Below, in pieces: positions 25,465 to 33,512 of a DNA stretch of 36,256 nt (the stretch's first letter is position 1; each line of letters starts with the position of its first letter). This DNA comes from an uncultured Gemmatimonadota bacterium (lineage in GTDB: Bacteria; Gemmatimonadota; Gemmatimonadetes; Longimicrobiales; Gaopeijiaceae). The notes beneath the pieces are model-generated. The model ran no database searches. It was not told the origin of the DNA and saw nothing but the letters and a program-made list of their open reading frames with translations. A program made the position numbers and the translations under genes. The stretch is from NCBI GenBank assembly GCA_938030915.1, contig CALHIO010000011.1:1-36256 (forward strand), in the 5' to 3' direction.

Positions 25465-25854
25465 CTATCGGGAGCGGCGACTGCTCACCAGAATGGCACC
25501 CCCGGCGTGACCCGTCCCATACCGGGTCGTCGCGTCACTCGCGCTCATGTACTCCATCTGCTCGATCTCGATGGCTCGAATCGACTGCAGATCGGCGACG
25601 TTGCCCCGGCGCGATCCGTCGACGTAAAGCTGCACGACATCGCCGGCCCGAGACTGCAACCACCGCGGACGCAAACGCTCGATAGCCTGCAGCGCGTTCA
25701 TCTCCGGAAGCTCTGCGAGCTCGGCACGGACGATACGGGTCATCGATGAGCCTGCAGGACGACTACCTCCGCCGCCGGCAGACGCGCACCCGACCAGGCC
25801 AAAGGCGAGCGCCAGCGCGAATACCATCGAGATTCTTGACTTGTGTGACCGCAT
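25465..25854 (-). CDS. Small lipoprotein consisting essentially of a TonB-plug-like domain
   Basis: AAGGAG SD. Lipobox ALAFGLVGC. IVRAELAELPEMNALQAIERLRPRWL...VQLYVDGSRRGNVADLQSIRAIEIEQMEYMSASDATTRYGTGHAGGAILVSS aligns by eye with the C-termini of 10827-12197 and 22013-23365. Confidence 0.65.
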   Translation of the reverse strand: MRSHKSRISMVFALALAFGLVGCASAGGGGSRPAGSSMTRIVRAELAELPEMNALQAIERLRPRWLQSRAGDVVQLYVDGSRRGNVADLQSIRAIEIEQMEYMSASDATTRYGTGHAGGAILVSSRRSR

Positions 25855-26026
25855 GGGCGGGCTCCTTTCCTGTGCTCAGAAATGGATCGACAAAATTAAG
25901 GTCACTTGATGGTTACGCCACCGCCGTACGTAGACGGTACGCGACCATGAACACCCGGTACCAGGCCGTACACGTACAGCGGTACATTCTTGCGAGCGTC
26001 GTGACTCGAAACGGGGGCAACCCACG

Positions 26027-26725
26027 ATGGCCGAGGGGATGGACGGCGGATCAGCCCCGCTTAAGCATACACGAGAGGTGACAATCGACGCGTTGATGGA
26101 ACACTTCGCGAACGACGTCATGGAGATCGACGAATTCGAACGTCGCGTCGAGGCCGCGCATGCGGCGCGCACGAGCGAAGAGCTCAGGGCCCTCCTGCAC
26201 GACCTGCCCGGAAACGCCAATCTGCCCGCCCTCTCGGGACAGGAGACGCTTCCCGACGAGGCACGGATCCCGAGCTATCAGGTGACGACTGCCTCGAACG
26301 TGAAGGAGACGGAATTCATTCTGGCCATGATGGGCGGGGGAAGCCGCGGGGGCCGATGGCGGCCGGCCAGGAAGAACACCGTCGTGACCATCATGGGGGG
26401 AGCCGAACTCGATTTCCGGGAGGCGGTACTGGGCCCCGGTGTCACCGAGGTTCAGGTCTTCGCGATCTTTGGCGGCACCGAGGTCATCGTCCCCCCGGGT
26501 ATGAATGTCGAGGTCAGCGGCCTGGCGATCATGGGCGGCTTCGATCACCAGACCGACGAATCAGTGCATCACGACCCCGCAGCGCCGACCCTGCGCATCA
26601 CGGGCTTCGCCTGCATGGGCGGCGTCGACGTGAACACACGGTACCCCGGAGAATCCGCCAGAGACGCGCGCCGCCGAAAGAAACAGCTGCGCCGGGAGCA
26701 GCAACGCCGGCTAAGGGGCGGCTGA
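26027..26725 (+). CDS. DUF1707 (SHOCT-like) plus LiaF-C-terminal-like (DUF2154) domain protein
   Basis: N-terminal block IDEFERRVEAAHAARTSEELRALLHDLP. C-terminal beta-rich block VVTIMGGAELDFREAVL...VQVFAIFGGTEVIVPPGMNVEVSGLAIMGG. Basic tail. No TM segment visible. Confidence 0.6.
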   Translation: MAEGMDGGSAPLKHTREVTIDALMEHFANDVMEIDEFERRVEAAHAARTSEELRALLHDLPGNANLPALSGQETLPDEARIPSYQVTTASNVKETEFILAMMGGGSRGGRWRPARKNTVVTIMGGAELDFREAVLGPGVTEVQVFAIFGGTEVIVPPGMNVEVSGLAIMGGFDHQTDESVHHDPAAPTLRITGFACMGGVDVNTRYPGESARDARRRKKQLRREQQRRLRGG

Positions 26726-26729
26726 GCGC

Positions 26730-27617
26730 CTACCGAAGCGTTCGATCCAGGTACGCCTTCAGACGCTCCCACGCATCGAGACCTGCAGCGCTGCGCACTT
26801 CCAGATCCCCGTCGACCTGAAGCCAGAAGCCGTGATTGACCTCATCATAGATGTGGAGGTCGTTCTCGATTCCAGCCGACCGGAGCGCGGCCTCGAAGGC
26901 CTCCACCTGCTCCGGCGAAGGACCTGAGTCCTCTCGAGCAAATGTGCCGTACACCTCGTGATCCATGCTCGCGAGCACCGCCGGATCGTCGACCAGTCGG
27001 CCATAAAAGATTGCAGTCGCATCGTGATCGTCGCCGTCGAGACCGAAGGACAGAGCGATTCCCCCACCGAAGCACCAACCCATGGCACCCACCCGTCCGG
27101 TGACATCCGGGCGCGCGTTGAGAAACGAGACAGCCGCGTTGAGGTTGGCCACGACCGACGGCATATCCGCCATCGCCTCCTGCACCAGCGCCATGTTCTC
27201 CTGGGGATTCGCGCCAGTACGACCCTGATACAGGTCCGCGGCCAGCGTCACGTAGCCCTCGGCCGCGAAGTCGTCGGCGACCTGCCGGACCCGGTCGACA
27301 AGGCCATGCCATTCGTGAATAATCACGAGGGCCGGAAACGGACCATCACCCTCCGGCACGGCCAGGTAGCCCATCGTCGCCTCGTCACCAGACACATACT
27401 GGACATCGGCGCCGAGCAGGTCACCTCCGTTCCCGAGAATCGCGGGTGGCATTTCACCGGGGCCGGTCGGTGCCAGTGGTACTCGAGGCTCGGCCGCGGC
27501 GGTCATCACCGGCGCGCCGCCACTCGAATCGTCATCGGCGGGTCCGGCGCAGCCGGAGAGGGAGAGTGCGGCCAGCGCGACCAGAGACGTTCCGGCCAGA
27601 CAAGAGCGACGATTCAT
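26730..27617 (-). CDS. Dienelactone hydrolase-family protein, exported (Tat-like/lipobox signal)
   Basis: An ATG at 27617 gives MNRRSCLAGTSLVALAALSLSGC. Blocks: ALVIIHEWHGL, GAMGWCFGGG (nucleophile Cys) and VNHGF. Confidence 0.85.
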   Translation of the reverse strand: MNRRSCLAGTSLVALAALSLSGCAGPADDDSSGGAPVMTAAAEPRVPLAPTGPGEMPPAILGNGGDLLGADVQYVSGDEATMGYLAVPEGDGPFPALVIIHEWHGLVDRVRQVADDFAAEGYVTLAADLYQGRTGANPQENMALVQEAMADMPSVVANLNAAVSFLNARPDVTGRVGAMGWCFGGGIALSFGLDGDDHDATAIFYGRLVDDPAVLASMDHEVYGTFAREDSGPSPEQVEAFEAALRSAGIENDLHIYDEVNHGFWLQVDGDLEVRSAAGLDAWERLKAYLDRTLR

Positions 27618-27702
27618 GGCAGTGCAGGGTTGGGGTACGTCGGCAGTCATGATACTTCGAGCGGACCGACGAGCCCAATACATCGACACGGAGAGGACGA
27701 CG

Positions 27703-28668
27703 ATGAGTGAGGATCAGCCCGGCCGCGGCCGGATCTATGACAATTTCGCCGCGACGATGGGCGATACCCCCCTGGTACGGATTCCCCGGCTCGCCGAGAA
27801 GCACGGCGTGAACGCAGATATCCTGCTCAAGTGCGAGTTCTTCAACCCGATGGCGTCGGTCAAGGACCGGATCGGCATCGCGATGGTGGAAGAGATGGAA
27901 GCGAGAGGGGTACTCGGACCGGGTAAGACACTGGTCGAGCCGACGTCGGGAAATACCGGAATCGCCCTCGCGTTCATGGCTGCGTCACGCGGCTACCGCT
28001 GTATCCTCACGATGCCCGAAACGATGTCGGTCGAGCGCGTTCGCATGCTCGAGCACCTGGGGGCCGAGGTGGTGCTGACCCCGAAGGAGGAGGGAATCGG
28101 CGGGGCCTTCGCTGCGGCGGATCGTCTCACCGAGGAGATCGAAGGGGCCGTCCAGGCCGGACAGTTCGTGAACCCCGCCAACCCCGATGTGCACCGACGA
28201 ACGACCGCCGAGGAGATATGGCGAGACACCGGCGGCAACGTCGATGTATTCGTGGCCGGGGTGGGTACCGGGGGAACGATCACAGGGGTGTCCGACGTCC
28301 TCAAGCAACGCAACCCAGCCCTGCACTCGGTCGCGCTGGAGCCGACGACCAGCCCGGTGATGGGCGGAGGGGAGCCGGGCCCCGGAAATATGATTCAGGG
28401 CATCGGTGCGGGTTTCATTCCCGACGTCCTCGACATCGACCTCATCGATGAAGTGATGGCGATTGAAAACGACGACGCCTTCGCGATGGCTCGGGACGCT
28501 GCACGCACCGAAGGACTCCCCTGTGGCATCTCCGGCGGGGCCGCCATCTGGGCCGCTATCCACATCGGGAGGCGCGAGGATATGGCCGGGAAGACGATCG
28601 TCGCGGTCTTGCCAAGCTTCGCAGAACGCTACATATCGACGGACCTCTTCGCCTCCGGAGAGGAATGA
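27703..28668 (+). CDS. cysK: Cysteine synthase A (O-acetylserine sulfhydrylase)
   Basis: ATG at 27703 with a GGAGAGGA SD. Blocks: GDTPLVRI, NPMASVKDRIG (PLP Lys), EPTSGNTGIALA, GVGTGGTITG and IQGIGAGFIP. Co-linear with CysK throughout. Confidence 0.92.
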   Translation: MSEDQPGRGRIYDNFAATMGDTPLVRIPRLAEKHGVNADILLKCEFFNPMASVKDRIGIAMVEEMEARGVLGPGKTLVEPTSGNTGIALAFMAASRGYRCILTMPETMSVERVRMLEHLGAEVVLTPKEEGIGGAFAAADRLTEEIEGAVQAGQFVNPANPDVHRRTTAEEIWRDTGGNVDVFVAGVGTGGTITGVSDVLKQRNPALHSVALEPTTSPVMGGGEPGPGNMIQGIGAGFIPDVLDIDLIDEVMAIENDDAFAMARDAARTEGLPCGISGGAAIWAAIHIGRREDMAGKTIVAVLPSFAERYISTDLFASGEE

Positions 28669-28758
28669 GGGTGGGAACAGCTTCCGCCCGATGCCAGTAG
28701 AATTCGAAGTCCATACGAAACGAACGGCGGCCGTTCGATCGCCGAAGGGATACGTTCC

Positions 28759-29157
28759 ATGCTCCTCCGCTCCGACCTGATTGCTGCTCTCGCCGTAACC
28801 GCGGGCATCGGTCTGGCCGTGCAGAGCGGCGCTGATGCCCCGCTCAAGGCCACGGCAATCATGCCAGACGCTCATCTCGAGGTCAGCTTCGCCACCGAAG
28901 TCATGCCGATCCTCGAACGGTACTGCTGGGAATGCCATAGCGAGGACAGCGCCGAGCTCGGCCTCAAGCTGGACACATACGAGGGTGTGATGGCGGGATC
29001 GGACTACGGCACGGTCGTGGAGGCCGGAGACGCCGACGCCAGCCTTCTCGTCGACATGATCATCTCCGGCGACATGCCCGATGGTGGCGATCCGGTACCG
29101 GCCGAAGAACTCGACGTCATCAAGGCGTGGATCACCGAAGGGGCTCTGAACAACTGA
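28759..29157 (+). CDS. Small exported c-type cytochrome domain protein (PSCyt1 / Planctomycete cytochrome C-like)
   Basis: Signal-like N-terminus. VMPILERYCWECHS contains a CxxCH haem motif. Later blocks: GSDYGTVVEAGDADASLLVDMI, MPDGGDPVP and IKAWITEGA. Confidence 0.6.
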   Translation: MLLRSDLIAALAVTAGIGLAVQSGADAPLKATAIMPDAHLEVSFATEVMPILERYCWECHSEDSAELGLKLDTYEGVMAGSDYGTVVEAGDADASLLVDMIISGDMPDGGDPVPAEELDVIKAWITEGALNN

Positions 29158-29196
29158 GCCCACCGGACCGCCGCTGACGCGGTCACCTTCTGCACG

Positions 29197-29215
29197 CCGA
29201 CCGCCGAGCGGTCGG
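29197..29215. terminator. Hairpin between convergent genes (terminator-like)
   Basis: CCGACCGC-CGA-GCGGTCGG forms a perfect 8-bp stem. It lies between the PSCyt1 stop (29157) and the cytochrome b stop (29222). Confidence 0.5.
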
Positions 29216-29221
29216 TAGACA

Positions 29222-31015
29222 TTACGGCTCCGGGGTGTGCTCGGTTGTCCAGTCGCCCCGGAGCCAGTCTACGACCAGCCCCATCTCCGCAGGCGTCAGG
29301 CTTTCGTCTACGCCAAACGATGGCATGCGATCGTTGTCTTCCCCGTAGTAGAGCTCGTCTGTCGGGTCATGGAGCATCCCCAACATCCACGCGCGTGAAC
29401 CCCACCCGGTGAGGACCGGGCCGACATCACCCTCGGTCATCTCCCGGAAGGTGTGACACCGGACACAGTTGATCTCCTCACTGGCGATCAGGGCGCGGCC
29501 CTCCACGATTTCGGCCTGCTGCGCCGCATCCTGCTCGGCCTGCCCGGGCAGGGCTGCCTCCGCCGACACGGCCATGATCACCTTTTCGAGGTCGTCCTGA
29601 ACGTCGGGCGTGAATCCGGCTACGCCGCGCTGGACGTACCGTACCATCCGGCCGCGTACGTGCGCTGTCGCCCCGAAATACTCATCTGAGGCGACACGGT
29701 CCGGGTCCAGCAGTCCTGCCAGCCACTCGCGGCTCCCGAAGCCGGCGAGATCGGATGCCGATGCAGGCTCGGATGGCTGACCTCCAAGCCCGTCGTGTCC
29801 ATTGAAGCGATGGCACTGTGCGCAATTCGCCTCGAAGATCTTCGGACCCTGGGTGAGAGGATCGGCCCGCAGCATCGCGAGTCCGCCCGCGGCCGGAATG
29901 CCCGGAGCGGTGCTGGCCAGCTCCGCAGCGCGATCTGCCATCGCGTCCGCCTCAGCCTTGGCCTCAGCGAAGGCGGGATCAGCTGCGTCCTCGGCCCGCG
30001 CGAGCCATGTCAGCATGACCACCCCCGCCAGGAGCGCAGCACCCACGCCGAGATTGAAGCGATGTCCGTACTTCCATCCACCGATGATCGGCATGGCAGC
30101 CACGAGCGCCAGCACAAGTCCGGGGATGACCTGAGCGCCCACGACCTCCCAACCAGCGGGGAAGTATTTCAACCACTGGAAGAGAAAAAGGAAGTACCAG
30201 TCGGGACGCGCAGCCGCATACGGTTCGGTCGGGTCCGCCGGAGCGCCCAGGTGGGCTCCGCCACTCCACAGGACGAGGCCGAGTACCGTGGCCATCACGA
30301 TCAGCGACGCGACACTGTCCTTGAGGACCTGCTCTGGCCAGAAGTACCCGTCCGGCTTGTCGGCTGCGTCTTTCGGCACGGTGACGCCGTGGCGACGGAA
30401 CAGGTAGATGTGACCGACGATTAGCAGCGCTACCCCGGCGGGAAGAACACCCGCATGCAACACGAAGAAGCGGGTCAGCGTGTGATGTCCGTACTCCGTG
30501 CCACCCACCAGGAGCTGCTGGAGCGACGGACCCACCACAGGGGTCATGGACGCGATACTCGTCGCGACCTTGGTCGCCCAGTACCCCTTCTGGTCCCACG
30601 GAAGGAGGTACCCGGTCAACGAAAGAGCCAGGACCAGCTGCAAAAGGATGAGGCCGAACCAGAAATTGACTTCTCTCGGCGCCCGATAGGCGCCGTCGAT
30701 CAGCACCTGCATGAGGTGAAGGACCAGGAGCACGATCGTGACCTGGGCCATGTAGTGGTGAATGCCACGCAGGAGCCACCCACCCATCATCTGATTCTGG
30801 ATGAACCACACGCTCTCCCACGCGCCCTGCGCGTTCGCGCTGTACGCAGACCACAAAACCAGGCCAGTGATCAGCTGCACGACCATCGCGAAGACGAGGG
30901 TGCTTCCCCAGATGTAGCGCCAGCGAGCACCTCCCGGGATGCGCTCGTACAGGGCGCCTCGCAGGAGGGCGCGGTACCCGGTGCGGTCGTCGAGCCAGTC
31001 GAGGAGATCGCGCAT
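29222..31015 (-). CDS. Fused cytochrome b6-like / subunit IV-like / dihaem cytochrome c subunit of a bc-type complex
   Basis: Helix B: HH-x12-H (GIHHYMAQVTIVLLVLH). Helix D: H-x14-H (LHAGVLPAGVALLIVGH), which is b6/Bacillus-like spacing. PDWYFLFLFQWLKY corresponds to the subunit IV PEWY motif. C-terminal haem motifs CAQCH and CVRCH. The ATG shares one nucleotide with the Rieske stop. Confidence 0.88.
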   Translation of the reverse strand: MRDLLDWLDDRTGYRALLRGALYERIPGGARWRYIWGSTLVFAMVVQLITGLVLWSAYSANAQGAWESVWFIQNQMMGGWLLRGIHHYMAQVTIVLLVLHLMQVLIDGAYRAPREVNFWFGLILLQLVLALSLTGYLLPWDQKGYWATKVATSIASMTPVVGPSLQQLLVGGTEYGHHTLTRFFVLHAGVLPAGVALLIVGHIYLFRRHGVTVPKDAADKPDGYFWPEQVLKDSVASLIVMATVLGLVLWSGGAHLGAPADPTEPYAAARPDWYFLFLFQWLKYFPAGWEVVGAQVIPGLVLALVAAMPIIGGWKYGHRFNLGVGAALLAGVVMLTWLARAEDAADPAFAEAKAEADAMADRAAELASTAPGIPAAGGLAMLRADPLTQGPKIFEANCAQCHRFNGHDGLGGQPSEPASASDLAGFGSREWLAGLLDPDRVASDEYFGATAHVRGRMVRYVQRGVAGFTPDVQDDLEKVIMAVSAEAALPGQAEQDAAQQAEIVEGRALIASEEINCVRCHTFREMTEGDVGPVLTGWGSRAWMLGMLHDPTDELYYGEDNDRMPSFGVDESLTPAEMGLVVDWLRGDWTTEHTPEP

Positions 31016-31608
31016 CAGACTGGCGTCTTGTCTTCGCGGCCCGGCAGGAAGTTCTGGAACCGGACCCAGACCTCATCCTGATTCCGAATCTCCACGTCGA
31101 GCGCGTCCATGTCGCGGGGACTGGGACTGGACGGATCGTTGACGACGCCGTCGAGGTCGAAGCTGCTACGGTGGCACGGGCACGCGAAGCGAGATCCGTC
31201 CGGCGCAATGCCGACGAAACAGCCGGCATGGGGGCAGACGACGTTGAGCGCCCGAACGCCCTCACCGACCCGGCGGAGATACACCGCACCGACGGGAGCG
31301 TCGGCGTACGTCGCCCACGCGTCGGTGAGATCGGAAGTCACGGTGAACTTGCGGGGCGTACCGTCTTCGGGGACGGCAGAGAGTCGAGTTACGAGAACCA
31401 GATCGGTTTCCCCGTCGCCTCTGCGAAGAGGATCGAGGATCGCAGCCACGGCTGCGCCGATCGGCGCTAGGGTGGCGAGCGCACCCACGGCCAGCGCGGA
31501 GGCCCCGGTCAGAAAGTTCCGTCGGCCTTCGCCAGCGTCCGAGTCCGGGGCGAGTCCCTCCGCCTCACCCGCGTCGCTTGCTGGTTCTCCTTCCACGTGA
31601 TCGGTCAT
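31015..31608 (-). CDS. Rieske [2Fe-2S] subunit with Tat signal
   Basis: Twin-arginine motif GRRNFLTGASALAVG. Cluster motifs CPHAGC and CPCHRSSF. Confidence 0.9.
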   Translation of the reverse strand: MTDHVEGEPASDAGEAEGLAPDSDAGEGRRNFLTGASALAVGALATLAPIGAAVAAILDPLRRGDGETDLVLVTRLSAVPEDGTPRKFTVTSDLTDAWATYADAPVGAVYLRRVGEGVRALNVVCPHAGCFVGIAPDGSRFACPCHRSSFDLDGVVNDPSSPSPRDMDALDVEIRNQDEVWVRFQNFLPGREDKTPV

Positions 31609-31672
31609 CTATACCGTTCGGTTTCGTCGATATGGGTACCGCGCGACGAGCGGAAGGGCGGGGCCGTTGGTC

Positions 31673-31691
31673 GCGTAAACTCAATTTACGC
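31673..31691. promoter_or_regulatory. Perfect inverted repeat GCGTAAA-CTCAA-TTTACGC in the divergent Rieske / M1 peptidase intergenic region
   Basis: 7-bp perfect arms in an AT-rich patch, 65 nt upstream of the Rieske ATG on the opposite strand. Confidence 0.35.
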
Positions 31692-31840
31692 AATGATATC
31701 ACCTCCCGCTCGAATTGTGTTGAGCTTGTCACATTGGCGGAATGCCTGCCGGGACCCCTCGAGGGGCTGCGCACGCCGGTTGCCCATAAACTGCACAACC
31801 CTCCATGTTGGCGTCCCCATCAACATGGAGACACGTCCGG

Positions 31841-33487
31841 ATGCGACACCTTCTGCTCCTTAGCGCCCTCCTCATCGGAGGCCCCGAGGTGCCCGAGGCG
31901 CCCCTTTTCGATGACTATCCCCGTCGCATCGGGATCGACATCGAGAACTATCGGTTCGAACTGACCCTGTCCGACGAGACCGATATCGTGGTCGGCCGCA
32001 CGATCGTGTCCCTCCGATTCACGAACAACGGGGTCACCGAGCTTCCCCTCGACCTCATCGAAGTCGGCGACGGCGACCGCGGCATGTCCGTCCACCGAGT
32101 GTCGACGGACGGTGATGAACTGGACTGGGTGCACGAGGACGACCTGCTCACCATCGGCCTCGCAGAGACGGGACGGTCCGGGGACCGGGTCGACGTCGTC
32201 GTCGAGTATTCTGGCGTGCCCGCCTCAGGCCTTGTTCCCGGACCGAACAAGTACGGCGACCGGACCTTCTTCAGTGACAACTGGCCGAACCGGGCTCGGA
32301 ACTGGCTGCCGACCATCGACCATCCGTACGACAAGGCGATGAGCGAGATGGTCGTCACCGCTCCGTCCCACTATCAGGTGGTCTCCAATGGCGTCCTTGT
32401 CGAGCAGACAGATCAGGGCGACGGCACCCGAACGACACACTGGAAGAACTCGATACCGATCGCGACGTGGCTTTACGTCCTCGGCGTAGCCGAGTTCGCG
32501 GTCCAGCACGTGGACGAATTCGAGGGTCGTCCCATCGAGACCTGGGTCTATCGACAGGATCGCGACCCCGGTTTCTACGACTTCGCGGTGCCCACGAAGG
32601 CGGCGATGGAGTTCTACGACGAGTATGTGGGCCCCTTCGCCTACGAAAGGCTCGCGAACATCACATCACCCGTGACGGGCGGTGGTATGGAGGCCGCGAC
32701 CGCCATCATGTATCACGAGAGTTCCGTGACAGGGGACCGCTCGGTACGGTGGCGCAACGTGATCATCCACGAAGTCGCGCATCAGTGGTTCGGCAACGCG
32801 GTCACCGAATCGGACTGGGACGACATCTGGTTGAGCGAAGGATTCGCAACCTACTTCACGCTCCTCTTCATCGAGCACGCATACGGGAGAGACGAGTTCG
32901 TCGCCGGGCTTCAGAGCTCAGCGGCCCGCGTATTTGCCCAGTATGAGACCGACCCCGAATACCGCATCGTCCACGACGATCTGTCGGACATGAGACAGGT
33001 CACCAGTGGCGCGACCTACCAAAAGGGTTCGTGGATTCTGCACATGCTCCGAAGCCGCATGGGTGACGAGGCATTCTGGAGGGGCATCCGCGCCTATTAC
33101 GCACGATACATGAATGCCAACGCGACGACGGCTGACTTCAGGAGCGTGATGGAAGAAGCGTCGGGCCTCGATCTCGAACTCTTCTTCGATCAATGGCTCT
33201 ACAGTGGAGGGAATCCCCGACTCGAAGGCTGGTGGGCGTACGATCCGGATGCACAGGCGCTTCGCATCGAAATCAACCAGACACAGACCGCAGGCCCGAC
33301 CTTCGACCTGCCTCTCGAAGTCGGAATTCACTTCGATGGCACGACCCTGCCCACCATGATCGAGACCGTCCCGGTGGACGGACGCTTCCACCGATTCGTG
33401 ATCCCTGTCGACGGTCAGCCCACGAACGTGACCCTGGATCCCCGGGTGAAGACGCTCTTCGAGTCCGACTTCGGACCGAGGCAGTAA
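31841..33487 (+). CDS. M1-family zinc aminopeptidase (aminopeptidase N-like), exported
   Basis: HEVAHQWFGN-x18-E (WLSEGFATY) zinc site. A GGGMEAAT exopeptidase-type motif lies upstream of it. An ATG at 31841 gives the signal-like MRHLLLLSALLIGG. The listed ORF starts at 31805. Confidence 0.88.
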   Translation: MRHLLLLSALLIGGPEVPEAPLFDDYPRRIGIDIENYRFELTLSDETDIVVGRTIVSLRFTNNGVTELPLDLIEVGDGDRGMSVHRVSTDGDELDWVHEDDLLTIGLAETGRSGDRVDVVVEYSGVPASGLVPGPNKYGDRTFFSDNWPNRARNWLPTIDHPYDKAMSEMVVTAPSHYQVVSNGVLVEQTDQGDGTRTTHWKNSIPIATWLYVLGVAEFAVQHVDEFEGRPIETWVYRQDRDPGFYDFAVPTKAAMEFYDEYVGPFAYERLANITSPVTGGGMEAATAIMYHESSVTGDRSVRWRNVIIHEVAHQWFGNAVTESDWDDIWLSEGFATYFTLLFIEHAYGRDEFVAGLQSSAARVFAQYETDPEYRIVHDDLSDMRQVTSGATYQKGSWILHMLRSRMGDEAFWRGIRAYYARYMNANATTADFRSVMEEASGLDLELFFDQWLYSGGNPRLEGWWAYDPDAQALRIEINQTQTAGPTFDLPLEVGIHFDGTTLPTMIETVPVDGRFHRFVIPVDGQPTNVTLDPRVKTLFESDFGPRQ

Positions 33488-33512
33488 CTCGATGTCGGAA
33501 AGGAGAGGAGCC

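Noticed and set aside
28721-28737. Palindrome CGAACGGC-G-GCCGTTCG after cysK
   Set aside because: It could be a small terminator hairpin or an operator for the PSCyt1 gene. No U-tract or second copy is present, so it is too ambiguous to call.
27985-29163. 392-aa minus-strand ORF spanning cysK, the intergenic spacer and the PSCyt1 gene
   Set aside because: It is antisense to CysK, whose identity is certain. Open antisense frames are expected at this GC content. No motifs were found.
29979-31289. 436-aa minus-strand ORF overlapping the cytochrome b and Rieske genes
   Set aside because: It is an out-of-frame overlap with two strongly supported genes. The composition is dominated by Arg/Ser/Pro/Gly/Ala with no recognisable domain.
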